From Azolla caroliniana (taxonomy: Eukaryota > Plantae > Polypodiophyta): 64,000 bases of DNA. The stretch covers positions 7,316,001 to 7,380,000 of the forward strand of contig JBHGNT010000001.1 in the NCBI GenBank assembly GCA_043228905.1, read 5' to 3'. Shown in pieces: positions 19,165 through 33,111 of the stretch (the stretch's first letter is position 1; every line of letters starts with the position of its first letter). The position numbers and the translations under genes are program-made. The notes beneath the pieces were generated by a model that was not told the DNA's origin, searched no databases, and saw only the letters and a list, made by a program, of their open reading frames with translations.

Positions 19165-22097
19165 CCATGCCCCATTGGGGCAAACCATACCTTCCTATAC
19201 TTTGAGCTAAAATGTGACACCTCCCACACCACCAACTCTAGTAAACCAACCCATCACACTATAATACATTTCACGCATGAGCTCGCGGACATCTACTCTC
19301 GACATGTTCAAGCCCATCTTTCCTCGTTTGATTCTTCCTTGCCTTTAGAGAACCTCACTACAGAACTCACACACATCCTTCACTCAGCCGCCACTAGTAG
19401 CTTCCCATACACGAAAGACTCCAATCATAGTAGAATAGGGTCTATGCCACAAAACAAGTGGTATGACGAGGATTGTAGAGAGTTGTATCGACAACTTAAA
19501 GTATCGCGACTCAGTGGTACTATCTCCTTAGTACAGGCTCGCAAAGAGATGCGCAAGATGACACGTCGTAAAAGACGAGCTTGGGAAGCATCTCAATATT
19601 GGGAACTCTATCATATGCTCATGAGTAGGGATTGTGCCCTTGCATGGAAGAGACTACGGGAACCGAGACCACAAACACCCATCGAGGATCCCAATATTTG
19701 GCACACATATACCGAGAGACTCTACCATGTCCCGAACCAACCACCCATTCCAATGCCCTCCACACCTCGACCTACCATGGGGACACTTTTCACGACCTCT
19801 AGGGTCACGAAGGTCATAAAAAAAAATTACAACATAGGAAATCCATGGACCACACAGGATTGCGAGCCGAGCACATCATATATGCTCGAGAGTGCCTAGC
19901 TCCCCTTCTCACTCTAATCTTCAACCGCGCCCTCGCCGAGGGTTTTCCACCACAATGGGCCATGAACACTGTGGCCCCTATACATAAAGGAGGGGACCCA
20001 ATGGACCCAAATACATATAGGACCATTATGATAGGTCATACGCTTGCTAAACTATATGGTGCAGTAATGGAAGCGGAGCTCAGTGATTATATGGAAACAT
20101 TAAGTCTTCGAGCACCTGAGCAGGCTGGCTTTAGACGAGCCTTCTCCACTATTGACCACATCTTCACACTTAGGTGCTTAATTGACCAAACAAAGGCTCG
20201 TAAGAAGAAACTATATTGTTGCTTTGTGGACTTTCGCAAAGCCTTTGATACAGTTCCTAGGGAGAGGTTGTTTGATAGACTTAAGAGCTTGGAGATACCA
20301 AATGACATGATTTGGGCCATTTATGCCCTATATGAGCAAGTCTATGGGCGCGTAAGATGCCCAGGTGGCCTATCCGATTGTTTCACTAGCACCATTGGTG
20401 TAAAACAGGGTTGCCCCCTATCACCGACTCTTTTTGGGATCTACATTGATGAGATCACTGATTTTATTGCTCGTAAGGGAGGCAAAGGAGTGGCTATTAG
20501 GGATACGCAAGTTAGTCTCTTACTCTACGCAGACGACATTGTCTTGCTCTCGGAGTCGGAACACGACCTACAAAAGCATCTTAATGCCCTAGATGACTTT
20601 TGTACACAACGAGGACTGGTAGTGAATCTAGCGAAAACTAAAGTCCTTATCTTTCATACATCGTCCAGAGTTAGGAGTAAATGTCACCTCATCCTCTCTC
20701 ATAAACTAGTTGAGGTGGTGGGATCTTATGTATACTTGGGAGTCACTTTTAGTGCTCGCTCAGGTAAATTCTCGATGACCCAGGCAGCCAAAGATAGGCT
20801 AACGAGAGGATATGCATCCCTCTCACTCTTAGAGAGACAATGCCACCAAGCATACTTTCAAGAGCCACGGACTAAGGGATGGCTTTTCGACTCATTAGTG
20901 ACCCCGTCCCTCATGTATGCATCAGTAGTATGGGCTCCAGGTCTACCATCTTTCATGTGGACGCAATTGGAGAGACCTTTAGTGGTGATGTTATCACGTC
21001 AACTCCGAAGCAAATCGACAGTACCACATGACATTATTAGAGCGGAGTTTAGCCTACCCCCGATGTTAGTAGAAGCACTCTTTCAAGTGGTAGCTTTTAT
21101 TCATCGGATACATAGTCAACCACAAGATAGGATATCCCGTCGAGCCTTTGAGGCATCCCGATCCTTACATGTATCTGGAGACACCAACTCTTGGTATAGC
21201 ATTGTGGTGAGTTGGTTATTTGCAAATGGCATAGACATTAATAACCTACCTCCCCTTAAGTACAACCATGGGACTGATCAAACTTTAATCTCTCGTGAAG
21301 ATCGTAATAAAGTGATACGCCAAGAAATATGGCAAATCTACACTCGATACAAATGGATCACCCCACGAGAGCCACTCCCATCTAAAATGGTGTACTATAA
21401 GGAACACTTCTTGCACTTTTCTAAGTTAGGGTTTATTACACGACCAAGATACCTAGATACTTTCTTATCAAATGCACTAAGGGTGGCCATTGGACAACTT
21501 AGGATATCATCTCACCAACTTGAGATTGAGAATGGTCGAGCTAATAGAATCCCTAGAGAGGAAAGGCTATGTAGGTTATGCCACATAGAGATAGAGGATG
21601 AGTATCACTTCACATGCAAGTGCCCAACTTATGCCGAGATACGGGCGGAATACCAAGACATACTAGGACCCTCTCCCACCCTCTCCAAACTATTAGATAC
21701 CCCGAGTGTAAAGAGACTAGGTAGGTATATCTTAGAGCTAAAACAACATAGGGAGGATAAATTACAAAGTGTTAATCATAACCCTTTTACTACTCATCAA
21801 CATGTACCTAGTGTAATTTTTCAGGAACATGGGGAGACGATGAATGTGGATACACTCATGCCGCTCGGCCTCTCCCTTGAGGAAGCAGAAATACAAAGAG
21901 CAACCAAACGTCCTCGGATGTTGGGCTTCAACACAAGTCAACGTGGAGTAGAAAAGATTAAGAAGATAAGGGAACGTGAGCTACGTCGACTCGAAGCTAT
22001 GGTTGGGGTACCTCTTACATGGGGACCACGGGCCACATCCACATCATGGCAACCCTTTGACCCCCCGCTTCTCTTCGAGAGACTTGGATGGAAATGA
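19165..22097 (+). pseudogene. LINE ORF2 (EN end, RT, CCHC) with one frameshift
   Basis: ORFs 19132-19899 and 19845-22097 join through the A9 run at 19818-19826. Motifs QAGFR, FVDFRKAFD, GVKQGCPLSP, LYADD, YLG, LRISSHQLEIENGR and CRLC...EDEYHFTCKC. Confidence 0.9.
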
Positions 22098-22332
22098 AAT
22101 TAGGCCTAGTATAGAATCATTCTCATTGTAGAACATGTTTTTTATATAGAACATGTTTGTTGTTTTCTTAGAACTATTTAGCTTAAACTCTATTTTATCT
22201 TATTTTTATTTTCGATGAATGGGTAAATATCCCATTTTTGTTGTACACCATTTGTCTCATGGGCCAATTTTGGCCTTAGAAGACGTTAATATATCTTTCT
22301 TTCTTTCTTTCTTTCTCTCTCTCTCTCTCTCT
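19165..22332 (+). mobile_element. RTE-X-like LINE, 5' part missing (cut by the Copia 2 LTR)
   Basis: End of an endonuclease-like domain (GANH, equivalent to SDH), RT, C-terminal CCHC, 3' UTR, and a (TTTC)n then (TC)n tail at ~22294-22332. Confidence 0.8.
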
Positions 22333-23556
22333 ATTTTTCTATCCTACTCTTGACCAATTTACCTCCACTGCCATGTTTTGCAATTCTCCATGTGAATACT
22401 TTCAAATTTATGTGGACATATTTAGTTTGAACTACAAATATATTTTGCTTTCTCAATATACTTCCGGTTCTAAATAGTGCAAGTGTAGCAATCCAAGATC
22501 CGAAGTATGCTTGGTCTAAATTAGATCTTCTTCATTATTGCTTGTGAGAACCAAATCATCCACATACAAAAGGAGTGTGTGCTTGAATGTTCTTCTTAGT
22601 GCATTTGGCAAATTTTGCCTTCAAATTGGACCTCATAACATTTTTAGTATGCTAACATTTCCCACTTTAAAACTCTAACGAGACCAAGGGGTGAGTCAAA
22701 ATACTTTGTAATATGGATAATTCGGATATAGATGCACATAACAATGGCATTCACATATCATAGATTGCTAGGAATCTACAAAATAAAGCAACAAAACTTG
22801 TGGCCAAAGTCTTTATTCATAATTCTATCAAACAATAATAATAATTGTAATGAATCATGATAGAACCATTATAATTAATTTAAGATGCCTTAAAGGAGAG
22901 TAATGCCTATTTAACCTAATCTGAATTGAAACTTGTGACTCAACCCTTGTAACTTAACAAAACACGAGGTTGACATTCCATCATGTACATGACAATTTGA
23001 AATGTAATGCCAATTTAATCTAATGCAACATGAAATCAACAATGTTGACGCCACATCAATGCACATAATGTAAAATGACAAGATATTATTCTACTTGTGA
23101 TAGACCATATAACCACAAAGGGTTGTAGATCCATCCACATCTGCACTACTATAAGTCAATATTATTCTTAATCTATAGAATTGATCGACATTGTTGTCAC
23201 ATGCCTATATGATGACCCAACCACTATCCATTCAACTTGGTGTTAGTAATATCATATTAATAATTGTTATGTAAATATTGACAATATTCACCATGGAACC
23301 TAATTTTCCATGGGAGAATCCTTCATACAAACTTGCATTAAAATATTATTAGTAGCTTGTTATGCACTACTTTAAGGAAGAGATTATCAATTGGTCAATC
23401 TAAACCACTGAAAGATGTTGATACAAATTTTTCATTATGTGCACCACACAAAATTTTCATTATGTGCACCACACGAATAGGGCTCAAAAGCATCGAATTA
23501 AAAAAAAGTAAGATTACTATATTTAGTTTCGAGCTTTAATCATCCAATGAGGTTTT

Positions 23557-25985
23557 TTTTTCCAAAGAAGAATATACTCCATTAGTTAAAATGACATATA
23601 ATGCACAACTTTAGACATTACCTACTTCCATATGGGCTACATCACATATTTATCTTACACTAAATAGCCCACATGCTTGTTCTCCATGTTTGTCGTGTCA
23701 TTCACGCCCCTCTATCATCTAATGGGAGGGGGGAACAACCATCTCGGTACTACGTACTACCATCGTATATCCACTCCAATTTCTGCAGCCATCCGGTGTA
23801 GTACACCATCGTTTTCTGAAATTCAGCCTCATTAAATCTGAAGCATCATCTGTTCCATCAATCCGCTCATATTGGGCCCTCAATGTAGTTATTAATGTGT
23901 GTCATATTAGCTTAATAGATTCTACTGGAGGCCGTTTGTTTGCTAAAAATACCCTGGTACATCTTGCGGTCCAAATGTTCCATATGATAATGGGTGCTAG
24001 CAACATCCATAGATCTTCAATTTTCTGCTTCTGGGCATTACTTCTAGGTGCATTGTTACTAACCATCAATCGAATAGTTCCATTCTCCCCTCTGTACACA
24101 GTTGTACATGTGCTATCAAATTTCTCTACGTCATCATCAAGACAATTCCAACAAGCATGTCCCCAATTGAGGGTAAATGAGCTAGAGGCATGGCAAAGCA
24201 ATCGTAATGCCCTTCTCCACACAATCGTAGCCTCATGACATTCCCAGAGACAATGGGAAATGCTTTCTAGTTGTCCACATGCACTACATCTAGGGTCTAC
24301 ATTAGGGCTTTAGCCCACGCCCCTACAGGCAAGGCTCTATGCACAATAAGCCATAAGCACATCATTATCTTGCGGTCACCGTTGTCATGCCATATCATTT
24401 TCAAGAATTTAGCTAATCTCCTTTCACTAATGCCCTCTTGTATCCAAATTTTACGAGCTGCAATATCTTTGTGTTCTTGTCTTAGGATAATTTGCCTCCC
24501 GATTTTCGTGTTGTACCTGAAAAATTGCACCAACTTGGCACCATCACTTTGACCTTGAGTTTTCCAGAAATACATTGTGGGGTCCCATGATAGCTTATTT
24601 GAATGCCCTTCTATTGGCCAACACACTGTCGTTGGTTTGAGCTTACTCGGCTTGGGGTCAACTATCATATCCTTTCGATTTTTTGCAAGTAACCTAATTG
24701 GCCTTTCAGTTTGATAGGCTAGTTGCTCACATATTACCATTCTATGCTCTATTTTGTAGTAGCATGCCTCATTAGATCCGACTTTCATTCCCTTAATTCC
24801 AATTAGATAATTTTCAGCATCGATGAGTCCTATCCATTCCATTTCAGAGGGACTTATGGCTGCATCTTCCAAGATATGCCTGTTGCATGCAAATGCATCT
24901 GTAATCCTCATTAGCATGCATTTACCCTTGTTTATCCTCCATATTCTAGCCTTTTGAGTGCCCACATCATTACATAGAAATCTCTTCCAATCTGCCAATG
25001 TATTCCCTTGGGCATTGATTAAATTGGCCCATTTGAAGCCTGCTTTTTGTCCTATCATCAGCACATCCACATCTCTAATTAATGGGTTACAAACAATAGG
25101 CATGTACATTCGAGCATATGCATCATTTCTCCACCTACAAACGATTCCCTTTCTTATTCCATTCCATGCCTTCATAATTCCAACAACACATATACTCTGT
25201 GTACATCCCTAGTATTTGGGTCGTATTTTTGGCACAAACCCCCAAAAGGCACTACTTGGCCAACTTCCACCATGTCTTGGCAACCACATCTTCCATCTGC
25301 GTCGTTAGAGAATTTTCCAAGGTGCCTCAGGTGGTTGCAAGCTCTTGACCACCAATTTGTCTAGCAAGGCCTTCATTTGCACCATAATATCTATTAGTCC
25401 CACCCCACCTTCACTTTTATCTTTTATGAGTGTAGTCCATGCAACCTTTGCACAAGCATGTTTTTCCTCTATGCCCCCCCATAAGAAATTTCTGATCAGC
25501 CTTTTTATCACTTTCATCATATTGTGGCCATTAGAACCTAATTTGCAATCACAATCTTGGCTGCAAAGGATAGTTTTCTTGCATTCCACCATATTAACTT
25601 CGCTTTTATTTTGTCCACAAGTAGAGTGTAGTGTTCTAAGTGATCAATGTCCATCCCAATTTTGAAACCCAAGTATCTAGTAGCTTCTCCTCTCCTCAAC
25701 CATATGAAATTAGGGTTTGGAGCCCAATTTACCATAGGCTTATTGCTAATCCAAATGCCCACTGATTTATTCCAGTTTATTTTCTCACCCAATTCCCTAC
25801 AAAACTCATTTATTGCACTTTGTTGTCTGTCCAAGTTGTTTGCATCCCCCTTAACATAGGTTGTTGTATCATCAACATATTCTGTATCAAGCATCATTCC
25901 TGCATCCTCGGGTAGGGGAAGGCCTTGTATTTGCCAATATCTATCACCAATCTGATAATCCAAAGTTTCCGCTGCAATAATGAAT
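23557..25985 (-). mobile_element. 5'-truncated, degenerate L1-clade LINE
   Basis: Fragments YVDD, RYLGF, RNFLWGG...KVAW...EGGVG and IWNIWTARC. Poly(A) seen as a T-run at 23553-23561. 15-bp TSD ATCCAATGAGGTTTT at 23542-23556 and 25986-26000. Confidence 0.9.
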
Positions 25986-26182
25986 ATCCAATGAGGTTTT
26001 GTGGTTGAGACAAAAAAATGACAACTAATTGTTTTGTGTGTGAATTTAAACCATACCAAAACAATCAATGCAACCACATAACCTACCCTTGCTCATCAAC
26101 TTGCCCTCGAGTTCACGGAATGTTATGATCAGAGGATATTAAAGATGAAACACACATCGATATAGTAATCTTGATATCATGT

Positions 26183-27904
26183 GGCCCAACAATAGGAGGA
26201 AAGTGGCTACCATCATTAAGATGGGGCTTTATTCAGAATTTTCATTTGTTTAAAACAACCTTATTAGAAGATAGGTTTTTTAATGGAATTCTCACAAGTT
26301 GGTCAACTGTTAAAAAGTTTCTAGTTTGGAAGGCGCCTTCGACAACGGATGACTTGTTGAGACAGCCCTTGACCTGGAACTTTTTCTTTTCAGATTCAAG
26401 GGGTTTTCTGCTTGGTAGCCGTCCTCGGTTGAATTGGGCTTCTATGGATGCATCAATAGCAGGTAATGTTCTATCATGGGGAGGCTATGTTATGAATCAA
26501 CCATTACAATCTTTGCCGACGCTTTCAGTTCGAGGAAGTGTTATTATGTGCAATGATATGCAAGTGGCATTGGGACAATTTATGGCTTCATGGTCCCCCT
26601 CTAGCAATCAGATTTGGTTTGGTTATTTCTCTCCTTTAAAAGTTATTTTAGGAGCTAAAGTAATTAACACTACGGGTGATGTAATATACTTTAATGTGGA
26701 TGATGATGGTAGGTTGTGGCATGTATTTTCTGAATCAGATGTGTGGATGTCCGCTAATGTTTCAGCGATTCGAGTAGTTGCAAGATCGGGAAAAAATGGT
26801 TCTTGGATCCACCCTTTCAAGGATGCTTACGATGTTGTTCATTGTGGGTTTTTAAAAAAAAACCGCTTTATAATTTGGATTGGGATCCAACTGATTATCA
26901 ATGGAAAAAACCGAATGCTAGTGGAAATGGTAAACACTTGGAGTTTTTCCGGTATTCAATTAAGCTAGGTAGAAATTTATTATTGCAATCAAAGTATAAA
27001 TGCCCTGTTGCCATGAAGCATTGGACTGCAAATAATGTGAATGCATTGCAACTTACAAAATTTTGGAAATGGTTGTGGAGTATGCGGTTGCCGAAAAAAG
27101 TGATTTGTTTTCGTTGGTTGTTGATGCATTATGCTCTTCCTGTTGGTGATTGGTTGAGGCAAAATCAACAATATGCTTGTGGAATGCATTGTGGTGCATT
27201 TACGGAATCTATTTTGCATTTGTTTTGGTTATGTCCCAAAATCAAGCAATTCTAGAGTAAATTGTTTTTATTATTGAGACACCATTATACTCGTTCTATC
27301 TTCTCGTGGGGTGTAGTATTATGGGGTGTCCTTCATGGAGATGTTATGAAGTATGAAACTATGCATGCTTCTCATGTTTTTCACTTTTCCAATGGGTACA
27401 TTTATCTCACTTCATTTCCATCTTTTATTCCACAGTTTAGAACTGAAATTTTGGTTATTTGGCGTACTATTACGTCATTAGCTCTTTGGACAATATGGAA
27501 AATGAGATGCGAGGTTGTTTTTAATAATGCTCACATACATCTCAGTACTATGCTTATTGAATTCTGGTTGTTATTTGTCCATACCATACGTGGACTATGA
27601 TGATCTGCAAGGTTCAACTGATGCTCAAAGGCAACGTCAAGTGGACTTTAAGAAACGGTGGTGAGGGCTTCACTTATTTTCAGATACGACTTCTGGTATA
27701 AAGTGGAATTATGCCATACCTTCTTTATTATTGCATAGCTTGTAGATTGTGCTCCATTTGTTCCTTATATGATATCATCTGTTTTATCAGATGTTGGTAT
27801 TAGCTTTGTATTACAATAGAGGTGAGATGAAATGTCTCCTTCTGTTTTCTATATGTACATTTCTCAACAATATACTAAGGCGTATCTTTCTTTTAAAAAG
27901 AAAA
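26183..27904 (+). mobile_element. 5'-truncated, degenerate L1-clade LINE (zf-RVT region)
   Basis: FWKWLW...PKKVICFRW, C...ESILHLFWLCP and LWTIWKMRC. A-rich tail. 16-bp TSD AATCTTGATATCATGT at 26167-26182 and 27905-27920. Confidence 0.9.
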
Positions 27905-29390
27905 AATCTTGATATCATGTCAATGTGATTCATGGATCAATTTCTACCCCTATAAAATCCATCATATTAATAAATGAAATACATAGAGACATCTTAAGCG
28001 GGTATGTCAAATGGCCACAATTTGAAAAGTTGTTTCCATTGGAGGTCATACAAATTAAACTCTCTAAAAAGACTCCAATTTTGGTACAATCACCCGACAA
28101 CTCTACTTTACGACCTGGTTTTATGACATCTATGAAAAGGTTTAGTTGGAACGATTGAAAGACACTTGGAAATATTTTCTTATGATAAAAGAAGGCATCA
28201 ATAATGTGAGGATGCATACCCTTCCTCTCATTAAGAAATCTTGTAGAGTTTATGAGAGTGAGTAGTGCATGAGAAATGTTTTTCTAGGAATATTATATCA
28301 TAGGCTATAGCTTGTAAAAAATATCACAATTACTCTTTTTTTGTTCACTTAAATAAAACATTGAATACATTTCTATGTGTGATTTATCGCATAAACAAAG
28401 GTATAGATGTTAGACATACAAGGAGAAAGAAATGAAATATTCTAGCCCTAGTGCAAGAAGACATTTGAACACTTCACATGTGATTGATTGAAATACTAGC
28501 ATGTCATGTTAAACTCGCTAGATCTATTCATAGAGCTTCTAGCATGCAATGTGGTATATTGACCCCTCATGAGTCAATCATTCGAGCTCCAACACTTAGG
28601 TATGAGTCGTGTTGGCCCCATCAAGGAGACTTGAATCAAGAATATATCTCATTTGCTTGTTGGTATGGAGTCCAAGTGGGAGAACACCCTATCATTGAGG
28701 AGACAAGCAAGAGCGCGTGTCACTTGTGTTTGAGAATACCAATGGAGTGAACTATTTCACTCAAGAACCATCTTCTCACACTGACTCTAAACATCTTGAA
28801 CAACTAATTAAGCGTGGTATTGAGAAACCTTAAGCTACAATTGTAACTCCATTAAGTGTGTAAAGTAATTAATCAAATATAACATAAGAAATCCATATAT
28901 AAACAATATACCCATTGTGAATTACATTGAAGCTCAAATATTGAATATGACAATTTAGGTTTGAACTTATAGCTTAAGGTGACGATCAAGGCTTGATGAA
29001 AGTGAGAGAACCAACAAAAACAAGATTGAGGCTATAACTCCATATAATATATGAAGAAGAAGCTCTAAAGAGAACCAAAACTGACCTTTGTAGTCTTTTA
29101 CATTATTTATGCCCTCTTGCACTATAGTCACAAGTTCCTTGTATGTAATCCCCCTTCTATTCGTATCTCAACTTATCTCTATGAGGTTCTAACTTCTCAC
29201 TACCTATTTCTACACCTTGTCCTCTCGCTTTTATAACCTAGAGACACCTATAAAAAAAGGAGGGGGTGGGAGACCGTGGGACCTTTATGTTAGCAAAATA
29301 TCACTAAATTTCTCCCCGAAATCAAAAGTTTACCTTTCTCCCCTAATTTTGAAAATTACCCCCAGGCTGCTCCTCAAATATCAAAACTAA

Positions 29391-29416
<26 letters not shown>
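29391..29416. repeat. (AC)n microsatellite
   Basis: Read directly from the sequence. Confidence 0.9.
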
Positions 29417-29421
<5 letters not shown>

Positions 29422-31310
29422 AAGACATACATGCACATGAAAGAGAAGTACAAGTGCACACATTTTTTTATTATAAACTACTGAAATATACATTCCCATT
29501 TCCACAAATACACACTTGCACACGTTCACACACACATATTCGTTGATTACATAGACATAGACATACAACGTTCTATAGTTACACACACAAATGGGATTAT
29601 GCCAATTACACCAGCCTCCCCCGTTGCACTCATATACCCATGGTATATGTGCATATTAAAACATAAACACCATTAAAAGTGCAACCACATACAAACCTCA
29701 AATAAACTAAAAATCACAATACATATAGAGGTGCAACCACATTTTACTCACACTTACAACATATCAACACTCACAAAATTCACACTTACAAGTGCACTGT
29801 TGTGAATGGAGGAGGGGATATCATCAAGGGCAACATTAATTGACATTCTACATGCATGGCTCTCGCAAACCTACCTAGGCAATGCCATGAAATCCAATTT
29901 TCTTGGTTTCTTACACACCCTTCTCACAAAATATTGTGAAATTGTGGGGCTTTTATTGAGGTCAAAGGAGAATCTCCAACAAGGGTGGCCATGGTCATGG
30001 GAGTGGTGGTATCAAATTTAGGGCATAATCTACATAATTTGTCGTAACAAGTTGAAGATGCAGATGGTGGTTTGCTTGTCAAGGTAAAGTATTCGGCTAT
30101 AATCATTTGTCGATGTAGTTGTGACCTTCATTTTTATTGCTTTGCAAGTGTATTGTGACGAGGTCACTCTATATTATTTATTTATATCATTATATATCAT
30201 CTTTTTTGTGGGGAATGGGGGGTTGTGATGTCAATGGAGGTGATCGTGGTGAGTTCTGAAGGTTTATTTGATTAGTGGTGTAGGGCTACTTTGTTTGGCA
30301 TTAGGAATAGTATCACCCTTGCGTTATGTTGGTTGCAATAATGTAGGAGGATGAAAAGCCAATAGGGGTGAGGGTGAAGTGTTGTTGATGTCTTCCTAAT
30401 TGATTTTTAGAGCTATCTACATCATTCAACGAGTCATCTATTGTTGTGACAGTGATTGCATGGAGTAATTTGAAGGGAAAGCATCTCCTCGATTCTATTT
30501 AAAGTGACTGAGATTTTTTTATTGTGGTAATAGATCAAAGGAACATTTCATTAGAAGAATTTGAAAAGTTCAATCTTGACTTTGTTGCAAAAATGAGAAA
30601 TCGGGTGCTCACATAATGTACACAATTTTCGTGACAAATGTAACTTCTCCATTTAACTTGAATAATCAAGGTGGATCAATCATCTCAATCAATACTTGCA
30701 AAGGAAGTAAGATATTGGCCACAATAAAATAAACTCATGTATGGTCTTATAGAAATAACAATAAATAAAGGAATGGACAACCCATGTAGATAGCTCGCCA
30801 ATGCATATTTCATTAAACAATTATGTAAAGCTGAACTCTTTTGCATGAAAATGGGTGTTGATGACCATCTTTAGTCATTGTTGATGAGCTAATATCTATG
30901 TATGCGTGCATGCCTCCTTTCCATTTGATAGACTTTAGGATTTAAATAAGAATATTTTGTAGCCACACCCGATATGTATCAAATTGTTCATGTATTTGAT
31001 GGAAACAAACTAGATGTTGAGTGACCTAGGTGGTTTAAAAATATTGAAGAGAAACCATTTTTTGAGCTTCATGATTGTTTTGGGGTCTCTTAGAAAGCTT
31101 TTATATAAGTAGAGTGTGAGAGCTCATCAACAAGAGGAGCTTAGAGGACATATAGAGAGCATCGAAATGATGGAAGCTAGAGAAAATGAGTGGTAGAAAT
31201 TTAAAGTGAAAAGTATGGAAGTTGTTCGCCACACGCTCCTTTGGGTGCATACTTTTCAACATGTGTGGCCCACAACTGGACACTACTATCGAGATTTGAA
31301 ACTAATACTA

Positions 31311-31354
31311 TTGTTGTTGTTGTTGCTACTACTACTACTACTACTACTACTACT
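31311..31354. repeat. Compound (TTG)n(CTA)n microsatellite upstream of the bZIP
   Basis: Read directly from the sequence. Confidence 0.9.
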
Positions 31355-31823
31355 AATATCAACTTGGTTTGACATGATTCCAAAGTTAGGGAGAGAGCGA
31401 GTCGGTGTGTTGTTGACTACGAATGTTAAAGAGGTCTCCGATAGAGTTTGTGCAATGAAGCAGAAGTCTGTTTTTTTGTTGGCGGTGTTCTGTCCGCGCG
31501 GACGGCCGGCCGGCCTTGTGTTGCCCCCAATATTCTTGATGGACTCTCTTTCTCTTTGGAAGCCCCCCCCCACCACGACAAACTTACTACAAAGTATATA
31601 ACCCTTACAACAGACAAAAGAGAAGATCCGGGCGCTCAGTGTGAAACCGGAGGAGAGAGAAAACACACACAACAGAGTAGAGAGAGAGAGACACACACAC
31701 ACAGATGTCCTCATCTCTGTCTCTGTCTCTGTTTCTCTCTCCTTCCTTCGGTCTGCGCTCTGCAGAGCGTGGGCGGGGCTCGTGGAACAGCGGAAGGAGG
31801 AGGAGAGACTGAGCAGAGAAGAT

Positions 31824-32705
31824 ATGGCGGACGAAGGAGAGACGAGCGATTGCGGGGACAACCACAATGGCGATGGCAGCCACCACAGAGACAGCGGGGA
31901 CGACGTGTTCGGAGAGTGCAACGATCTGTCGAGCATGATGATGATGAGCATGGAAGAGCGAAGCTTCCTGGACGATCTTCTCAAAGGTACTCCTAACACC
32001 ACCACACACGCTTGCACCCACACCCACACGTGCAACCCGCCCGGCCCTAGCAACCTCCCACATACCCACACGTGTGTCCACACCCACAGTACCCTCCTCT
32101 TCACCTCCCACGAACACGAAGAAGGAACCACCACAACCACGGGTGATTCCGAAACCCTAATCAGGGACAGCCTTGACCACAAATTCCATTCCTCCGATAC
32201 CTGTGTCTCCCGTTTCCCTAAGAAAAGACCCTTGGGCAATCGTGAAGCCGTGAAGAAGTATAGGGAGAAGAAGAAGGCTCATATCTCTTACCTCGAGGAG
32301 CAAGTCCAACAGCTTAGGTCTTTAAATCAACAGCTCATGAAGAGGTTGCAAGGGCAAGCTGCCCTTGAAGCTGAGGTCTCTCGGCTTCGGAATGTTCTCG
32401 CCGAGTTTCGAGGCAGAATTGATGGAGAATTAGGCGGCATCCAACACCCGAAGGATTCGAGAATTGTGAGATCTCTTCATGGCGGCTATGTGCTGAACTC
32501 TTTTAGTGTCCCTTGTGGTGGAACCGATGTGCCTTGTCTTCACCCTCTCCTCAATGAAGAAAGGGTGTCTTCTCCCGTGCAAAATTCTGTTTTATCATGT
32601 CCAAAAGCAAACACTAGCTGTGACAGGAAACCAGAAGCTCGAAAAAGGAAATCTGGGACCACAAACACAAAGGGCTCGGCTTCGGTCACAGATTATACCG
32701 ATTGA
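31824..32705 (+). CDS. bZIP23: F-group bZIP transcription factor (bZIP19/bZIP23-like zinc sensor), intronless, ~293 aa
   Basis: Cys/His zinc-sensor motif CTHTHTCNPPGP...HTHTCVHTH, basic region KKRPLGNREAVKKYREKKKAH and a leucine zipper. First ATG at 31824 (the track ORF starts at a GTG). Confidence 0.93.
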   Translation: MADEGETSDCGDNHNGDGSHHRDSGDDVFGECNDLSSMMMMSMEERSFLDDLLKGTPNTTTHACTHTHTCNPPGPSNLPHTHTCVHTHSTLLFTSHEHEEGTTTTTGDSETLIRDSLDHKFHSSDTCVSRFPKKRPLGNREAVKKYREKKKAHISYLEEQVQQLRSLNQQLMKRLQGQAALEAEVSRLRNVLAEFRGRIDGELGGIQHPKDSRIVRSLHGGYVLNSFSVPCGGTDVPCLHPLLNEERVSSPVQNSVLSCPKANTSCDRKPEARKRKSGTTNTKGSASVTDYTD

Positions 32706-33099
32706 TTGATTGATTGATTGACACTTTAATACATTTGACTGCTTCATTGATATACCATATTTTGCTTTGCTCCATCACAGTGATGCTCTATCTCATATGA
32801 GCATGTTTTTCACCCTCACATTTTCTTCATCATTTAATCAATCCATCATTGATGATCGGTTTAACATCCTGTTTGAGGATGTTTATTTCTCGGTATCCAC
32901 ACCGTTTAAGTGATTTTTAAAGCATCTTTAGTCTATTTTTTAGGCAAGTAGCAAAATTGTCGAGAATGATCGCCAAAAGCTCATTGCAAATTATTTGGGG
33001 CTAACAAAATGTCTGAGGTGATCGATCGAATGCTGCCAAATGCTGTTCTAAAGTTGGCGAACAACTGGCTTTGTTGTTGTGTGATGTCGAATTGTCAAG

Positions 33100-33111
33100 G
33101 CTCTGATACCA
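33100..33111 (-). mobile_element. Isolated tRNA-iMet PBS, probable LTR-retrotransposon remnant
   Basis: GCTCTGATACCA followed directly by TG; no coding remnant recognised. Confidence 0.45.

Noticed and set aside
13992-19169. CCATG on both sides of Copia copy 2 (13992-13996 and 19165-19169) read as a TSD
   Set aside because: Four of the five left-hand bases are Copia's own 3' UTR sequence. The flanks are unrelated (Gypsy on the left, LINE on the right), and no Gypsy 5' part follows the LINE, so a simple insertion does not explain it.
31286-32239. 317-aa antisense ORF over the bZIP
   Set aside because: Shadow ORF extended by microsatellites; low complexity
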